Source: an uncultured Nitrososphaeraceae archaeon
GTDB lineage: Archaea > Thermoproteota > Nitrososphaeria > Nitrososphaerales > Nitrososphaeraceae
Assembly (NCBI GenBank): GCA_963729045.1
Contig: CAVSMN010000010.1
Location: 106,559-170,558, forward strand
Length of the DNA: 64,000 bases
Reading direction: 5' to 3'
This document shows, in pieces, positions 1-11,358 of the stretch. Position numbers and translations under genes: made by a program. The first letter of the stretch is position 1, and each line of letters opens with the position of its first letter. The notes under the pieces are model-generated. The model was not told where the DNA came from. It saw only the letters and a program-made list of their open reading frames with translations, and searched no databases.

Positions 1-115
1 GCTCAAATAATGAACGTTTTTTTTCTGATTATTTGTCTTGACTTTTATCGTCTTTGCTATCTCAAGATCAAGAAATTATCATCGTATTAGCAATTCTAGA
101 CCGGTCTGAATCACA

Positions 116-256
116 TCATAATGTAAAATTAGGACAATTACATCCCTCAACCTTGCAAAAAGGTGGAGCATTGCCCATACCCATGGCTACATGAACGGAT
201 TTCGGATGGTTGCATACTTTACATGTTACAAAATCTTCAGGTCTACTAATGCTCAT
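116..256 (-). CDS. 46-aa Cys/His-rich putative metal-binding microprotein (not in ORF track)
   Basis: Hand translation MSISRPEDFVTCKVCNHPKSVHVAMGMGNAPPFCKVEGCKCPNFTL*; CxxCxH...H...CxxxxCxCxxF pattern. Confidence 0.6.
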   Translation of the reverse strand: MSISRPEDFVTCKVCNHPKSVHVAMGMGNAPPFCKVEGCNCPNFTL

Positions 257-384
257 GTATATTGATTAGTTATTATTTTATAAAAAGCATAACTATTTCA
301 GGTATAATCTACCAAGTCTATTAACCATAAATTGTGGTGCAGATCAATAAACCACAAAAAAAATATGGTTGTTCTTGTGTTCTC

Positions 385-759
385 CTATCTATTTTCCTGG
401 TATAGCCCGAACATGTTGCCCTCACTATCTAAATATATTTCATAATACCCCATATTCGGGATTTCTGTTTTTGGTACAATGATCTTACCTCCTGCCTGTT
501 CAATTTTTTGCATATATTCCGCTATTGAATTAACAGTAATGTAATTAGTAACTTTGTGTTCCTGAGATTGTCTTTTCATCATTCCTCCACTCAATCCTTT
601 GTTCCCATTCTCATCTTTTGTCTCAACAAACCAGTAATCTTTATCAGGGTTTTCAGGATTTCCCCACTTCTCCATTTCCCATCCAAATACCTCTTTATAG
701 AATTTCCTTGCCCTTTCTACATCACCAGCAGGAAATTCAAAGTGTTGGATATTAGGCAT
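385..759 (-). CDS. VOC/glyoxalase family protein
   Basis: HFEFPAGDVERARKFYKEVFGW ... DSEGNMFGL motifs. Confidence 0.9.
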   Translation of the reverse strand: MPNIQHFEFPAGDVERARKFYKEVFGWEMEKWGNPENPDKDYWFVETKDENGNKGLSGGMMKRQSQEHKVTNYITVNSIAEYMQKIEQAGGKIIVPKTEIPNMGYYEIYLDSEGNMFGLYQENR

Positions 760-1317
760 TGTAGTCCTGTCTCATTTACCATCGACATTGTAATTTTCTT
801 TTTATGTAATGAAGAATTGTTCAAGTAATTTTTACAAAATCAATACTATAAAAATTAGTATGGGATCAAAGGTATAGCAATTAGAATAATACAAATTCCC
901 ATGCATCATAACATTCCCCAACACCTACTCAAAGATCTTGAAGTTAGCTTTGTTCCAGATGGTTTATGTTCAAACCAATTCATTGAGCTTCCTTATTTAT
1001 TTTAGTTTTTTACATAAAATACTAAAAGGGAATATACTATAGGACTAGTTTAAAAAAAATTTGCTCGATAAGTCGGGTAAATATCAAATTCCAAGATTAG
1101 ATCCTCTCCTCAATCTTTTTATTCCGTTATGTTGTTTTCTTTCAGGAAAAAGGACCTTTAGGTGTCATCGCCGAACTTTTCAAACACCATCAAAAGGGTC
1201 TAGCTTGGATGATTCCTTATTGGAAATATTCTCTCAACAATATTTTATTGAGTTGAGTATACATTGTGAAAATTATATGACAAACGAAATTTTAAGATGT
1301 AAAGTATATGATACTCT

Positions 1318-1845
1318 ATGGAAAATGTAAATCCTATTCCAACTGGATACGACAGAATAATTCCTCATATTTTTGTGCCTGATTCTGCAGCTGCCATCGA
1401 ATTTTATACTAAAGTATTTGGTGCAGTTGAAGAGTACCGTCATTCGATTCCTGGAGATAAGAGTAAAGGAAATAAAGAAAAGATTGTTCATGCGGTGATA
1501 AACATAGGAAAGTCAAAAATCATGCTGGCTGATGAATTTCCAGAAATGTGTAATGAACACGTCAAGGTGGGCGAAAAAATAGGGGCACCTAGTACGATAG
1601 GAGGTAATTCAGTATTTCTTAACATGTATTTTGAGAATGTTGATGATATCTTTGAAAGAGCTAAAATGGAGGGAGCAACTGTGATTATGCCTTTAACGGA
1701 CGCGTTTTGGGGAGATAGATATGGTCAATTTAAAGATCCATTTGGACATATTTGGGAAGTTGCCACGCACAAAAAAGATATGACAAACAAGGAATTAGAA
1801 AATGCAGCTAAAGAATTCTTTGAAAAAATGGGAAATATGAGCTAA
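1318..1845 (+). CDS. VOC/PhnB-like glyoxalase family protein
   Basis: AAAIEFYTKVFGA, IMLADEFP, DAFWGDRYGQFKDPFGHIW. Confidence 0.9.
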   Translation: MENVNPIPTGYDRIIPHIFVPDSAAAIEFYTKVFGAVEEYRHSIPGDKSKGNKEKIVHAVINIGKSKIMLADEFPEMCNEHVKVGEKIGAPSTIGGNSVFLNMYFENVDDIFERAKMEGATVIMPLTDAFWGDRYGQFKDPFGHIWEVATHKKDMTNKELENAAKEFFEKMGNMS

Positions 1846-2133
1846 GGAACATATTTTTTACCTCAGGCATAATAGCAACAATAACAACAATCCATCACAG
1901 ACAATACGCATAAAGGATTATTTTAAACCAATCCTTTCTTGTCGCAAGTTTTAAACAAATATAACATTACGCTAAGAAAATGCTTGGGAAATAAAGCGAG
2001 ATGACATTTCTCCCCTCAAATAGACAGAACAAGTAGTAAACGCAAGTACCATTGAGATAGAAATAATGATTTGCCAGTATGGAAAAAGTTAAAAAAGGAA
2101 TTAGATCCAAAAGCTTTTTTTCTGATCTAATAA

Positions 2134-2346
2134 TTATGCGGAGGCAGTAGTTACTGCAGGTTGACTATCAAAAAAGAGAGCCGACGAAGAAGATAAACAT
2201 TCTCTCTCAGCACCATCGCCACTTTCAACTGCATTGACTTGTTGAATTGTAGAAGAAATATCGATTGTTCCCGGGGTTACTGCAACTATTGAGAACAATG
2301 CTACGGCTGCCAGAAGGCCAAGCCCCAAAATTTTTGGACTATTCAT
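2134..2346 (-). CDS. small secreted hypothetical protein
   Basis: N-terminal hydrophobic signal-like segment. Confidence 0.5.
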   Translation of the reverse strand: MNSPKILGLGLLAAVALFSIVAVTPGTIDISSTIQQVNAVESGDGAERECLSSSSALFFDSQPAVTTASA

Positions 2347-2546
2347 TATATAAATACACTCATGCCAATATTTAAAATTGATGGCAACTGAAATAGGGTC
2401 TCCGACCTACTTGGATGCTATAAATTTCTAAATAATTATTTTATCTGATAAATGATAAATGATAAGTGGTATTATGACTCTTTGAGTTTCCTCACATAAG
2501 CAATATTTATTACAAATTATGACACCAAACATACAAAGTCCAGGGT

Positions 2547-3161
2547 TCATTCTAGCTGTTTTAGTCGGGAAATGAAATCGGATAGTCTGAAGGGCATGGT
2601 TAGAATATCCTCCTCATCTATCATTGCAGACCTTAAGACATTCTTTGGTAAGTATTCCACCGGAGTTGTTGTAACCATAAGTATTCTTTGGGTAGGTTTT
2701 ATATCGTGTATCTTTTTTGCTAGGTCAAGGCCACCTAAACCTTTTAGGTGAGTATCCAATACGACCACGTCGTACGGTCTACCCTTGTTTTCATTCTCAA
2801 GAAAAACTTCAAGGGCCACCTCACCATCAGCGACTGTAGCCGATTTTACTCCCAGAGTTTCCAGAAATGTCTTAAACAAGGATAGAATATCTGGTTCTGG
2901 TTCTGCAATTAAGATTTGGTCTGGTTCAAATTCTTTTGATAAGGAATTATTGGACTTACTATCTTCAACTTTGCTTGATGTTCTTTTGTATTCATTGGAT
3001 AAGCTGGAATCTGCAACGGATGCAGCTGAACTATATGTTTTGTCTTTAAACCAAGTAATTTCAGCATAATCTTTATAAGGTTTGTCCACAGGTTTTTCAA
3101 ATGGTTGTTCCTGTTCCCGTTGGATTTCAGATTCTTCAAAGTTCATAACCATTTCATTCAC
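2547..3161 (-). CDS. response regulator receiver protein (atypical) with N-terminal extension
   Basis: ILIAEPEPD, YDVVVLDTHLKGLGGLDL, MPF in place of KPF. Confidence 0.85.
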   Translation of the reverse strand: MNEMVMNFEESEIQREQEQPFEKPVDKPYKDYAEITWFKDKTYSSAASVADSSLSNEYKRTSSKVEDSKSNNSLSKEFEPDQILIAEPEPDILSLFKTFLETLGVKSATVADGEVALEVFLENENKGRPYDVVVLDTHLKGLGGLDLAKKIHDIKPTQRILMVTTTPVEYLPKNVLRSAMIDEEDILTMPFRLSDFISRLKQLE

Positions 3162-3776
3162 CTTAGACTACAAAGATATAATCAACATAGCTTAAATACA
3201 TCGTTTTAAGCCAAATCATCTAATTTGTTCTGATAGCATACTGCCAAGGGTGAGGATTACTTTTATGGTGGCATTGAATACCCATACCCAAATTTTTGAC
3301 ATACTTCAATACATCATAATCTTTCAAACCACACTTAGACATAACATCAATCTTAAAATTGATAAAGCGAAATGAATAAGCATTTTAATACCTCAATTGA
3401 ATAACACTAGCAAACTAATTTACCAAATCCTTCGGTGAAGATTAGTTATATGACTTTAAATGCCCAAAGTTTACACCAACTTGATGGGTTTGCAATCAAA
3501 AAAAATAATAATTTGATTTACTACCGCATTCATACAAGTGACCATTATTACAAAGACCTTATGAACTTAATTTCAGTCTTATTCTACACAAACAAACATG
3601 TGCTATGTTGCTCCAAACCTCAACTATCATGATAAAATTGATCAAAATATAATGCTTGAATCAACATGAAGATACATTTTCCATTCTAGACAGATATTTC
3701 CCAGTTGGATAGATACAGAAATAACCACAAAATAAGATAAATAATTATGTGTAGACCACCAAAATAATTTAGATCT

Positions 3777-4148
3777 GTGAATAAAGACTTAGAAATAACA
3801 AAAAGTATAATGACCCATATACATCTGATCTTAGGAAACGAACCTAAGAAAAATCATACATTTAATTCCATACAGGAGTTATATGATAAAATAGATGCGA
3901 GACTTGAACCCAATGATACAACCAAAGGGACAAGTTATCATAGAAAGGAACTATTATATACATTTGACAAAAACATTGAATGGATGAAAGTTAGAAAAAT
4001 AATTATTTTTGATCACGATAAGAAAAGTGGCATTCTAGGTATTAAAATAGATAAAGAAAAGTTGGTGAAATACATTGTAGATCCTGAGACGCCTTTGATA
4101 GAAACAAATGAAGATAATGATAGACAAAATGGACAAAATATGGTATAG
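3777..4148 (+). CDS. hypothetical protein
   Basis: 123-aa ORF with host-like composition. Confidence 0.5.
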   Translation: MNKDLEITKSIMTHIHLILGNEPKKNHTFNSIQELYDKIDARLEPNDTTKGTSYHRKELLYTFDKNIEWMKVRKIIIFDHDKKSGILGIKIDKEKLVKYIVDPETPLIETNEDNDRQNGQNMV

Positions 4149-4207
4149 TCATAATCATTACAAATGCAATATCATGAATTTGTTGATGCTTTACACCACA
4201 AAATGTA

Positions 4208-5050
4208 CTATCTTTTTGCAATGGTCAATAGGTAACCTAATCCTATACTATTGTCAAAGACATATGGATCTATTGCTTTCAAGAAATCATCTCTAAGTGA
4301 ATCGGTTTCATAAGAATCACCACGTTTCTTTAATATTTGAATAGTATTAATCAATGGTCCATATTTTGTACTCATAAATTCCCAAAAGTGATTTGGACTA
4401 AGAATTGGGAAAAGTACCGTTCCTCGTTCAAATTGCACTTTTGTTACTTCATTTAATCTTTTTTCTATTACTTCAGGAACACCCCACAGTATTGGGGAGG
4501 GCGAACTATTGACTGGTCTAGGTAAATGTTTCCCATTTACTTTAAATATTGATCCAATCGCAAGTTCGGGTGGCCAAGTTGCGAATCCTATTCTACCACC
4601 TTTCTTTGTTACTCGAATCATTTCTTTGGCAACGAGGTCTGCCTGAGGGGCAAACATATGTCCAAAGGTTGAAAGAACGACATCAAAGGATTCGTCCTCA
4701 AATGGTAGATTCTGGGCATCACCCTCTTTCCAAGTTATCCCGTCGACCTGTGCTATTTTCGCTTCTTCTGCGGCGAGATCTAAAAGTTCAGTCGTTATAT
4801 CAATTCCGGTTACATTTGCACCCATTCTCCGGGCCGTAATTGCAGTGTTACCATTTCCGCATGCGATATCAAGAACATCCTCTCCAGATCGAATATTTAT
4901 TGATCTCACCAGGTGAGAGGAAATTGAAGGAAGCATTGTAGAAATAGTACGGTAATCACCTAGTTTCCATACATTCTCTGTTTTGGTTTTTTTCAAACTT
5001 TCTTTGTCACTTGCTTCATTCTCTTTATTTGATAGATTTAGTTGACTCAT
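4208..5050 (-). CDS. class I SAM-dependent methyltransferase (UbiE-like)
   Basis: VLDIACGNG, GDAQNLPFEDESFDVV; paralog of 6930-7742. Confidence 0.9.
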   Translation of the reverse strand: MSQLNLSNKENEASDKESLKKTKTENVWKLGDYRTISTMLPSISSHLVRSINIRSGEDVLDIACGNGNTAITARRMGANVTGIDITTELLDLAAEEAKIAQVDGITWKEGDAQNLPFEDESFDVVLSTFGHMFAPQADLVAKEMIRVTKKGGRIGFATWPPELAIGSIFKVNGKHLPRPVNSSPSPILWGVPEVIEKRLNEVTKVQFERGTVLFPILSPNHFWEFMSTKYGPLINTIQILKKRGDSYETDSLRDDFLKAIDPYVFDNSIGLGYLLTIAKR

Positions 5051-5144
5051 ATTGTGATATCACGATATCACTTTATAAATAGTTTTCTATTGATGATATC
5101 TAGATATCAGAACTTATATTGCTCTGGAGGCATCATAATAGGAT

Positions 5145-5804
5145 ATGGCTCGTAACATGATAATCCGAGGCTTCGACGATGAGATTCATTCTCAACTGGG
5201 CGATCAATCAAAAAAGAAGGGTGTTTCCATAAATTCAATTGTAAAGGACGCCGTAGATCAATGGCTAAAAAAACAGGACGAAATCCCAAAACGACATCAT
5301 TTACTTCTATATGATAATACAGAGTCTGTTATCCGAATGATCAAGTCATTAGATAAATTGGCCAAGGAAGGTGAATGGTTTAGATGTTTCGTCTCTTCAT
5401 CAAATTCTTCACTTACCGAGGTGTTAGAAAAACTAGACTGGTTTGACGGGACAATAACACCGTACAAGTCGTCCCAAAAAGATCCCCTGAAACACATTAA
5501 AGACATATTGCAAAACATTTCCCAGAATTCTAATAATAAAGAAATATGTTTGCTTGATTTCCTCATTAATGATATTGCAGACTCGTCAGTCAACGAAGCA
5601 TGTTATCTTGAAAAAGAATATGACAAGAATAGATTAGAGGGTCTGGTATTTTGTGCGTATGAGTTAAATAATCTATTTAAAGCTTCTACAACAGAAATGA
5701 TAGAAATGTTCGAGTTACATGATCAGGTATTTATCCTCAATAATGATCAAATTTACAAAATGCATTTGACCAAAGAAAATATGCATAAACTTTTCTTGAG
5801 TTAG
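5145..5804 (+). CDS. putative regulator: N-terminal ribbon-helix-helix plus MEDS-like domain
   Basis: MIIRGFDDEIHSQL...KKGVSINSIVKDAV (RHH-like); HHLLLYD and FCAY (MEDS-like). Confidence 0.6.
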   Translation: MARNMIIRGFDDEIHSQLGDQSKKKGVSINSIVKDAVDQWLKKQDEIPKRHHLLLYDNTESVIRMIKSLDKLAKEGEWFRCFVSSSNSSLTEVLEKLDWFDGTITPYKSSQKDPLKHIKDILQNISQNSNNKEICLLDFLINDIADSSVNEACYLEKEYDKNRLEGLVFCAYELNNLFKASTTEMIEMFELHDQVFILNNDQIYKMHLTKENMHKLFLS

Positions 5805-6057
5805 TAATATACACGAATAAGAATTAAACGTTCCTTATTATCGATCCGATATGAATGAAAAAGAAGTTAGCGCAGAAATCAAATATAAAACATTAAGGTG
5901 TAATCGATAATTAAAATTATCATATTTGATCTAAACATTTTAGAATACCATTATTTAGAAATAGTAAACCATTATTGTTGGAATGTTAATTCAATACAAA
6001 TATCAAAGATCAGAAAATTCAATGATTTTTAATAGATGGTAAAAGCAAAAAAAAGAT

Positions 6058-6333
6058 TTATTGTTGGCCTAATGCCAAATCGCCTAATTGTTCTTGCAAT
6101 TGTATTCCTACATTGTTACATGATGCGAAGGTGATTTCACCAGATACACATTGTGCATTCTGTTCGTTTGATTGTCCTTGTTCGATTCCCTGCTCTGCTT
6201 CGTTATGTTTACCTGTTGCAAAGGCCATGTTATCACCAAAGGCTACGACTGAACCAACGAGAGCTGCAGCGATAAACATCATTGCAAATATTCCAATCTT
6301 ACTAGTTTTTGTTATGTTACTCATTATAATCAT
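6058..6333 (-). CDS. small secreted Gln-rich protein (QCVSG motif family)
   Basis: Signal peptide; QNAQCVSG..SCNN motif shared with 10291-10800. Confidence 0.7.
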   Translation of the reverse strand: MIIMSNITKTSKIGIFAMMFIAAALVGSVVAFGDNMAFATGKHNEAEQGIEQGQSNEQNAQCVSGEITFASCNNVGIQLQEQLGDLALGQQ

Positions 6334-6581
6334 AATGTATAGATGAAATTTATTATATCATAGTTTGGATACTCATTCCTGTCATATTTCTATAAAATAC
6401 TTAACCAGTAAAATATTCTGATATATAATTTTGTGAAAATATACGGACGATAATGCAACATAGATACATCGAATAGTCACACTCTATCAAATCAGCATAC
6501 CAAAGAAAAGTAAATTGAAGAACTCCAATTTAGGTTTCATTACTGCTAATTTGAGACTGCCTCAGGCTAGTTTTATAAATT

Positions 6582-6845
6582 ATGATCGCAATACTATATC
6601 ATATAATGGAATTAACGAAAGTCGAGAGAGAAAATAAAGTGTATGTAAATGATAAAGCAATAGTTCTGGACAAGAATACCATTACTGCATCTGAATTATT
6701 GGAATTAGCTGGATTTTCATCTCTAGCGTACAATATCTACCTAGTTCTAGATAGAAAGAGGAAGAAGATCAAATTGTTGGGCGAAAATAAGAAAATTAAG
6801 ATTGAAACAGGAATGCGTTTTGATGCAGCCTTAAAACAGAATTAG
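6582..6845 (+). CDS. multiubiquitin-like (beta-grasp) small protein
   Basis: KVYVNDK..L...ITASELLELAG...Y.IYL...GMRF pattern. Confidence 0.55.
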   Translation: MIAILYHIMELTKVERENKVYVNDKAIVLDKNTITASELLELAGFSSLAYNIYLVLDRKRKKIKLLGENKKIKIETGMRFDAALKQN

Positions 6846-6929
6846 TTATGGCAATCATGATAAGATGAGAACATGCTTTAGTTCCAGTATTTTTTCTATT
6901 CAAGTTATATAAGAAAAATTAGATTATAA

Positions 6930-7742
6930 TTATACCTTTGTTGCTATAGTCAGCAAATAACCTAATCGCACTATATTATCATGTATGTATGGTTCCAAGG
7001 TTTTAAGATAGTCTTGTCTAATCAATTCTATTTTTTCTATTTTATTCTCCTTCTCAAGTCCCCGAATTAATTGAATCATTGATCCTGATTTTGTTGCCAT
7101 CTCCTGCCAATAGTGATTTGGACTAAGGATAGGATATTCAATGGTATCCCTTTCAAAAAATATATCCTTAACGTCGAATAATAGTTCTTGGATGTTGCTT
7201 GGGATTCCCCACTGCATAGGGGACAGAGGAGGTGCTAGTGATTGGTTGTTTTGAACGGTGGGTAAATACTTTGAGATCGTTGCATACATTCTTCCCCATG
7301 CAAGTTCTGGAGACCAGGTAGCAAATCCCATGCGTCCACCTTCCTTGAGAACCCTTTGCATCTCATTTGCCGTTGCTTTTTGATTTAATGCAAACATGTG
7401 ACCAAATGTTGATAATACAATATCAAATGATTCATCTTCAAATGGAAGGCTTTCAACGTTACCCTCTCTCCATTCAATCCCGCTGACTTTTGCTATAGAC
7501 TCCTCCTCTTTTGCTTGTGTTAAAAGTTCAGGTGTAATGTCTATGCCTGTCACCTTTGCACCGGCTCTGCGTGCAGTTATTGCAGTGTTACCAAATCCGC
7601 ACGCCACATCTAAAACAGAATCTACAGGTTTAACATTAACAAGTCTTACTAGCTTAGCAGAGACTGGAGAAATTACCTTGCCAATACTTCTATAATCACC
7701 TAAGGTCCATCTTTCTCTGATGCTCTGGTCTGAATTATTCAA
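6930..7742 (-). CDS. class I SAM-dependent methyltransferase (UbiE-like)
   Basis: VLDVACGFG, LPFEDESFDIV; paralog of 4208-5050. Confidence 0.9.
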   Translation of the reverse strand: MNNSDQSIRERWTLGDYRSIGKVISPVSAKLVRLVNVKPVDSVLDVACGFGNTAITARRAGAKVTGIDITPELLTQAKEEESIAKVSGIEWREGNVESLPFEDESFDIVLSTFGHMFALNQKATANEMQRVLKEGGRMGFATWSPELAWGRMYATISKYLPTVQNNQSLAPPLSPMQWGIPSNIQELLFDVKDIFFERDTIEYPILSPNHYWQEMATKSGSMIQLIRGLEKENKIEKIELIRQDYLKTLEPYIHDNIVRLGYLLTIATKV

Positions 7743-7910
7743 TCTAAAACCATACCTCAGTTTAGTCTGATAAACTTTAATATTGTATTTATGACGATAT
7801 ATAGTAAGAGAGTCTATACCATATATTCGTGATTTAATTTTCCATTGCTATCTACAATTACATCATGGTTATGAATGAGTCTTGAAAGGAATGCATTAAA
7901 TGGATATTGA

Positions 7911-9011
7911 TCAAGTAATGACTTTGGGTATGGGACATACATAGGAACCGTCAAAAGGTTTTTCGTGCCACCAGTTCTCCAGATTTATGCATTCCTCAAA
8001 ATGCTTGTTCTTAAGCAGCAATGTAGCACAATCTGCGGTTAAACGTATATGCTTATCTTTTCTGTTTGTGTCTTTATTGGCCTTAAAAATCATTTCTTCT
8101 TTTAATTTATTAAAAGATTCTAAATGTCCTACCATCGCATTAACATAATAGGGTACCAAGTCAACAACAATCAGATTTCCTTTTTCTAGGTTTTCTTGAT
8201 AATTTGTGATCTGTGATGAAAAGTTTTTTAAATAGCCTTCATTTGCTAAACTAACAGAGGCATGAACGCATATCTGACCTCGCTTTAAGCCTTCATTAAT
8301 ATATGCCGAAATTGCCTTGTCTAAATCATCTTGTTTATCATACAAAAGTATGACATGCATGTTGGTACTAGGAGTAATCAAAGCATCGTAGTTCATTTCA
8401 TTTATTAGAGTATGATTCTTTACTAATGTCCTAAATGCTTCTGGACTTATCTCTTGCATCAACCCTATTTCATAAGCACACAAAGTATTTGCTGGACGGG
8501 AAGCACCTTCTTGTGTTAATTCATAATTGAGCAACGCATCGTAATATTTCCTCTCAAAAAATGGTTTCATATCGTAAAAAGCTCGAAATATTTTTTTGCC
8601 TTCCTTTGGTAAAATAAAATGATTACACTCACTATTATCTTTATTCTCAATTTTAGTATCTTTGTGAATCGGGGAAAGACTTTTACTCACTGTTATTCCT
8701 CCAGAGGACGACACCCTACCCATTTCTAACATGTCGTCAGAAAAATACCACTGGGTACTCGACAAGATAGTAATTGTCCCATCATTTACTAAGGTAGAGA
8801 TATTGAATCGATATTGACAAATCTTTTTTAGTCTTTCTATAATTTCTTCTTTAGGAAGATCATCTGTTACAAACAAAACAGATTCATCATTTTCCAAACC
8901 CTCAATCAAATATTTAAAACCAGCATCTAATTTCTCTTGACTATTAGAATAAATGGAAAATGTATGTGAGATAATATCACTCTTTTTGGGTTTATATACA
9001 TTAATTGTCAA
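7911..9011 (-). CDS. tandem MEDS-domain sensory protein (C-terminus possibly frameshifted)
   Basis: Two H...Y....EGL...E/Q units; LCAY and YVCP motifs. Confidence 0.75.
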   Translation of the reverse strand: MTINVYKPKKSDIISHTFSIYSNSQEKLDAGFKYLIEGLENDESVLFVTDDLPKEEIIERLKKICQYRFNISTLVNDGTITILSSTQWYFSDDMLEMGRVSSSGGITVSKSLSPIHKDTKIENKDNSECNHFILPKEGKKIFRAFYDMKPFFERKYYDALLNYELTQEGASRPANTLCAYEIGLMQEISPEAFRTLVKNHTLINEMNYDALITPSTNMHVILLYDKQDDLDKAISAYINEGLKRGQICVHASVSLANEGYLKNFSSQITNYQENLEKGNLIVVDLVPYYVNAMVGHLESFNKLKEEMIFKANKDTNRKDKHIRLTADCATLLLKNKHFEECINLENWWHEKPFDGSYVCPIPKVIT

Positions 9012-9124
9012 GATTATACACTATTCTATTATGATCATGAAGTATATGAGTATTATTAAGAATAAAAAAATTAGATTCGAGAATGCTAGAAAAACTAAGT
9101 GACCTAGCATACCCTTAACTATGT

Positions 9125-9946
9125 TTACTTTTCAATACTCGCGTTATTATACGCCTTCGCCAGAGCTTGACTATTCAAAAGATCCCCTTGATTTAGATTT
9201 TGACTTGGATTTCCAATAGTTGAAGGAAGACTGGTAACCTGTGTTTGGTTCGTTATTATGCTACCAAAAGGAACAAGCGTATTGTCTGGAATTTCAACTC
9301 CTATCACAATGCTGCCAAGCCTTATGACAACATTATTACCTATTTTTGAATCAAGTACTGCACTTTTTACACCTACTATGGTGTTATTTCCAATCCAAAC
9401 AGGTCCGTGGACTATTGAATCATGTGCTAGACTCACATTGCCACTGATGAAAATAGCATATCCCTGATCGAACCTCGTATCATTCCCCAGTAATCGTTCC
9501 CCATTCTGAGAGAACCTTTTGTTATCATTATTTACGCCATCTTTAACAGCATCAATGGCATGTAGTATGACCCCATCTTGTACGTTAGAATAATCTCCGA
9601 CATGAATTGGAACACCTTCATCGGCCCTGCAAACTGCCGTTGGAGCCATTAATACTTCCTTACCTATAAAACAATCACCTATGACAACTGCAAAAGGATG
9701 TATAAAAGCTGAATCATCTATTTTAGGAGAGGAAACATTTGAAACTACAAATGTTTTTACATTAGACATTATGTTTGGCCATTGGTTTGTTGCTCTCGTG
9801 TCATTAGTTTCTTTACCTATTGCTAGTGGTCCCTGATGACCAACAAAGACAACTATCCCCATTACTATTAGCAAGGTCATGACTGTTACCCGTATAGTAA
9901 TATTCTTGTTTGTATTAATTCTCATTAGATCAATTGTATGTTTCAA
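9125..9946 (-). CDS. cam: gamma-class carbonic anhydrase (Cam type) with signal peptide or membrane anchor
   Basis: RADEG, NVQDGVILH, SLAHDSIVHGP (three Zn-ligand His), hexapeptide repeats, hydrophobic N-terminus. Confidence 0.88.
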   Translation of the reverse strand: MKHTIDLMRINTNKNITIRVTVMTLLIVMGIVVFVGHQGPLAIGKETNDTRATNQWPNIMSNVKTFVVSNVSSPKIDDSAFIHPFAVVIGDCFIGKEVLMAPTAVCRADEGVPIHVGDYSNVQDGVILHAIDAVKDGVNNDNKRFSQNGERLLGNDTRFDQGYAIFISGNVSLAHDSIVHGPVWIGNNTIVGVKSAVLDSKIGNNVVIRLGSIVIGVEIPDNTLVPFGSIITNQTQVTSLPSTIGNPSQNLNQGDLLNSQALAKAYNNASIEK

Positions 9947-10290
9947 ATGTATATAAACAAATGAGTTTTGACGGATTATTGATTAAATAATACATTTCCG
10001 TTTTTAGAATTGTTCGCCTCACCCTTTTTCATTCTCATAATCTGGATCCTTAAAAAATAGGAAAAGTCTTTTTTATTGGTATGGTAATCAAAGTAAAAAT
10101 TCCTATATAAAAAATTACATGCAGAATTTGAACCAAAATTATCAAATAATCAGGAAATAGGATATCTTGATCGATCATAATACTACTGGCGATCTAGTTA
10201 TCTATGATGATCAAAATGATAAATTATTAGTCTCAATCAATACTACCTTTTATTCAAAATCGATATTAGATTCATTATGTCCAAAATCTT

Positions 10291-10800
10291 ATGAAAATAC
10301 AAAAAGGATTTATTGCATTATGCATCTTGGTCTCCTCCGTATTTGTGATTGCGAATGAGTTGAGTCCAGTTGAACTGATTTTTGCTCAGAATGAAGATAA
10401 CAATGTAATTGGACAAGAAGGGGATGGAAATGACGCATCTCAAAGTGAAGAAGATTCTCAAGAAACAGATCAAAATAGTCAATGTGTTTCTGGAGACAGT
10501 AATTTCTTTGGTTGTAACGATGGGAGTTCAAACAGTATCGATACAAATGAACAAGGAACACCGGGAATGGGATTTCCAGTAATCATCAGTAATGACAATA
10601 TTTATGTTCGGGATGGAAATCGAGATACTGCTACTGGTCCTGATACAGCCCTTTCAACCGTAGCATGTGATGCCGGGGATGCTTTGATAAGTGGAACCTC
10701 TAATTATGAACTATCGGATGGATCGGCATTGGCATCTGATAAATCATTTTCTAAGACATCTTGGATTTTCTTGGAATGTTCAAGGTACAGCTCAGGATAA
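10291..10800 (+). CDS. secreted protein (QCVSG motif family), C-terminus probably frameshifted
   Basis: Signal peptide, QNSQCVSG..GCN motif, TVACDAGD. Confidence 0.7.
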   Translation: MKIQKGFIALCILVSSVFVIANELSPVELIFAQNEDNNVIGQEGDGNDASQSEEDSQETDQNSQCVSGDSNFFGCNDGSSNSIDTNEQGTPGMGFPVIISNDNIYVRDGNRDTATGPDTALSTVACDAGDALISGTSNYELSDGSALASDKSFSKTSWIFLECSRYSSG

Positions 10801-11358
10801 CGGAGAGATCACTGTTACTGCTAAGATTTTATGCTATAACAATCCCTCCCCATAATTTTATCTTTTTTAGTAAATGACTTTTTTGGTGATTTCTTTATGA
10901 ATAGTCCCTAAGGAAGAAATTCTTGAATTGTGACAAAGGAATCTTCTATTACCAATTGACAATCTAACACATAATACCAATCAACTAATAGTAATTTATT
11001 AACAGATCTAAAATATTCTATTTTCATTAGTAAGTTTAAAATTCACTCTTTATGTTTAAGATCATTTCAAAACATCATCACCATCTGATGGATACGCATA
11101 TAATGATTCTAGCGTCAAATATAAGCAACATATATAAATATCAAATTTGGGTGTCACCTTTTTTTTGAAATAATACTCAATTTTTTTAAAGTAATTATAG
11201 TTTTTAGTACATGGAAGCCAGTAAATTAATCATTTATAGGTCAATTAATGATATTTAGTGTGATTTTTTTTTGAATTCTTCTTAATTATTGTATATTAAC
11301 GGCTAGAACAATGTTGTCTTAAATGAAAATACTTATTTACCTAGGACTTGGATAAACC

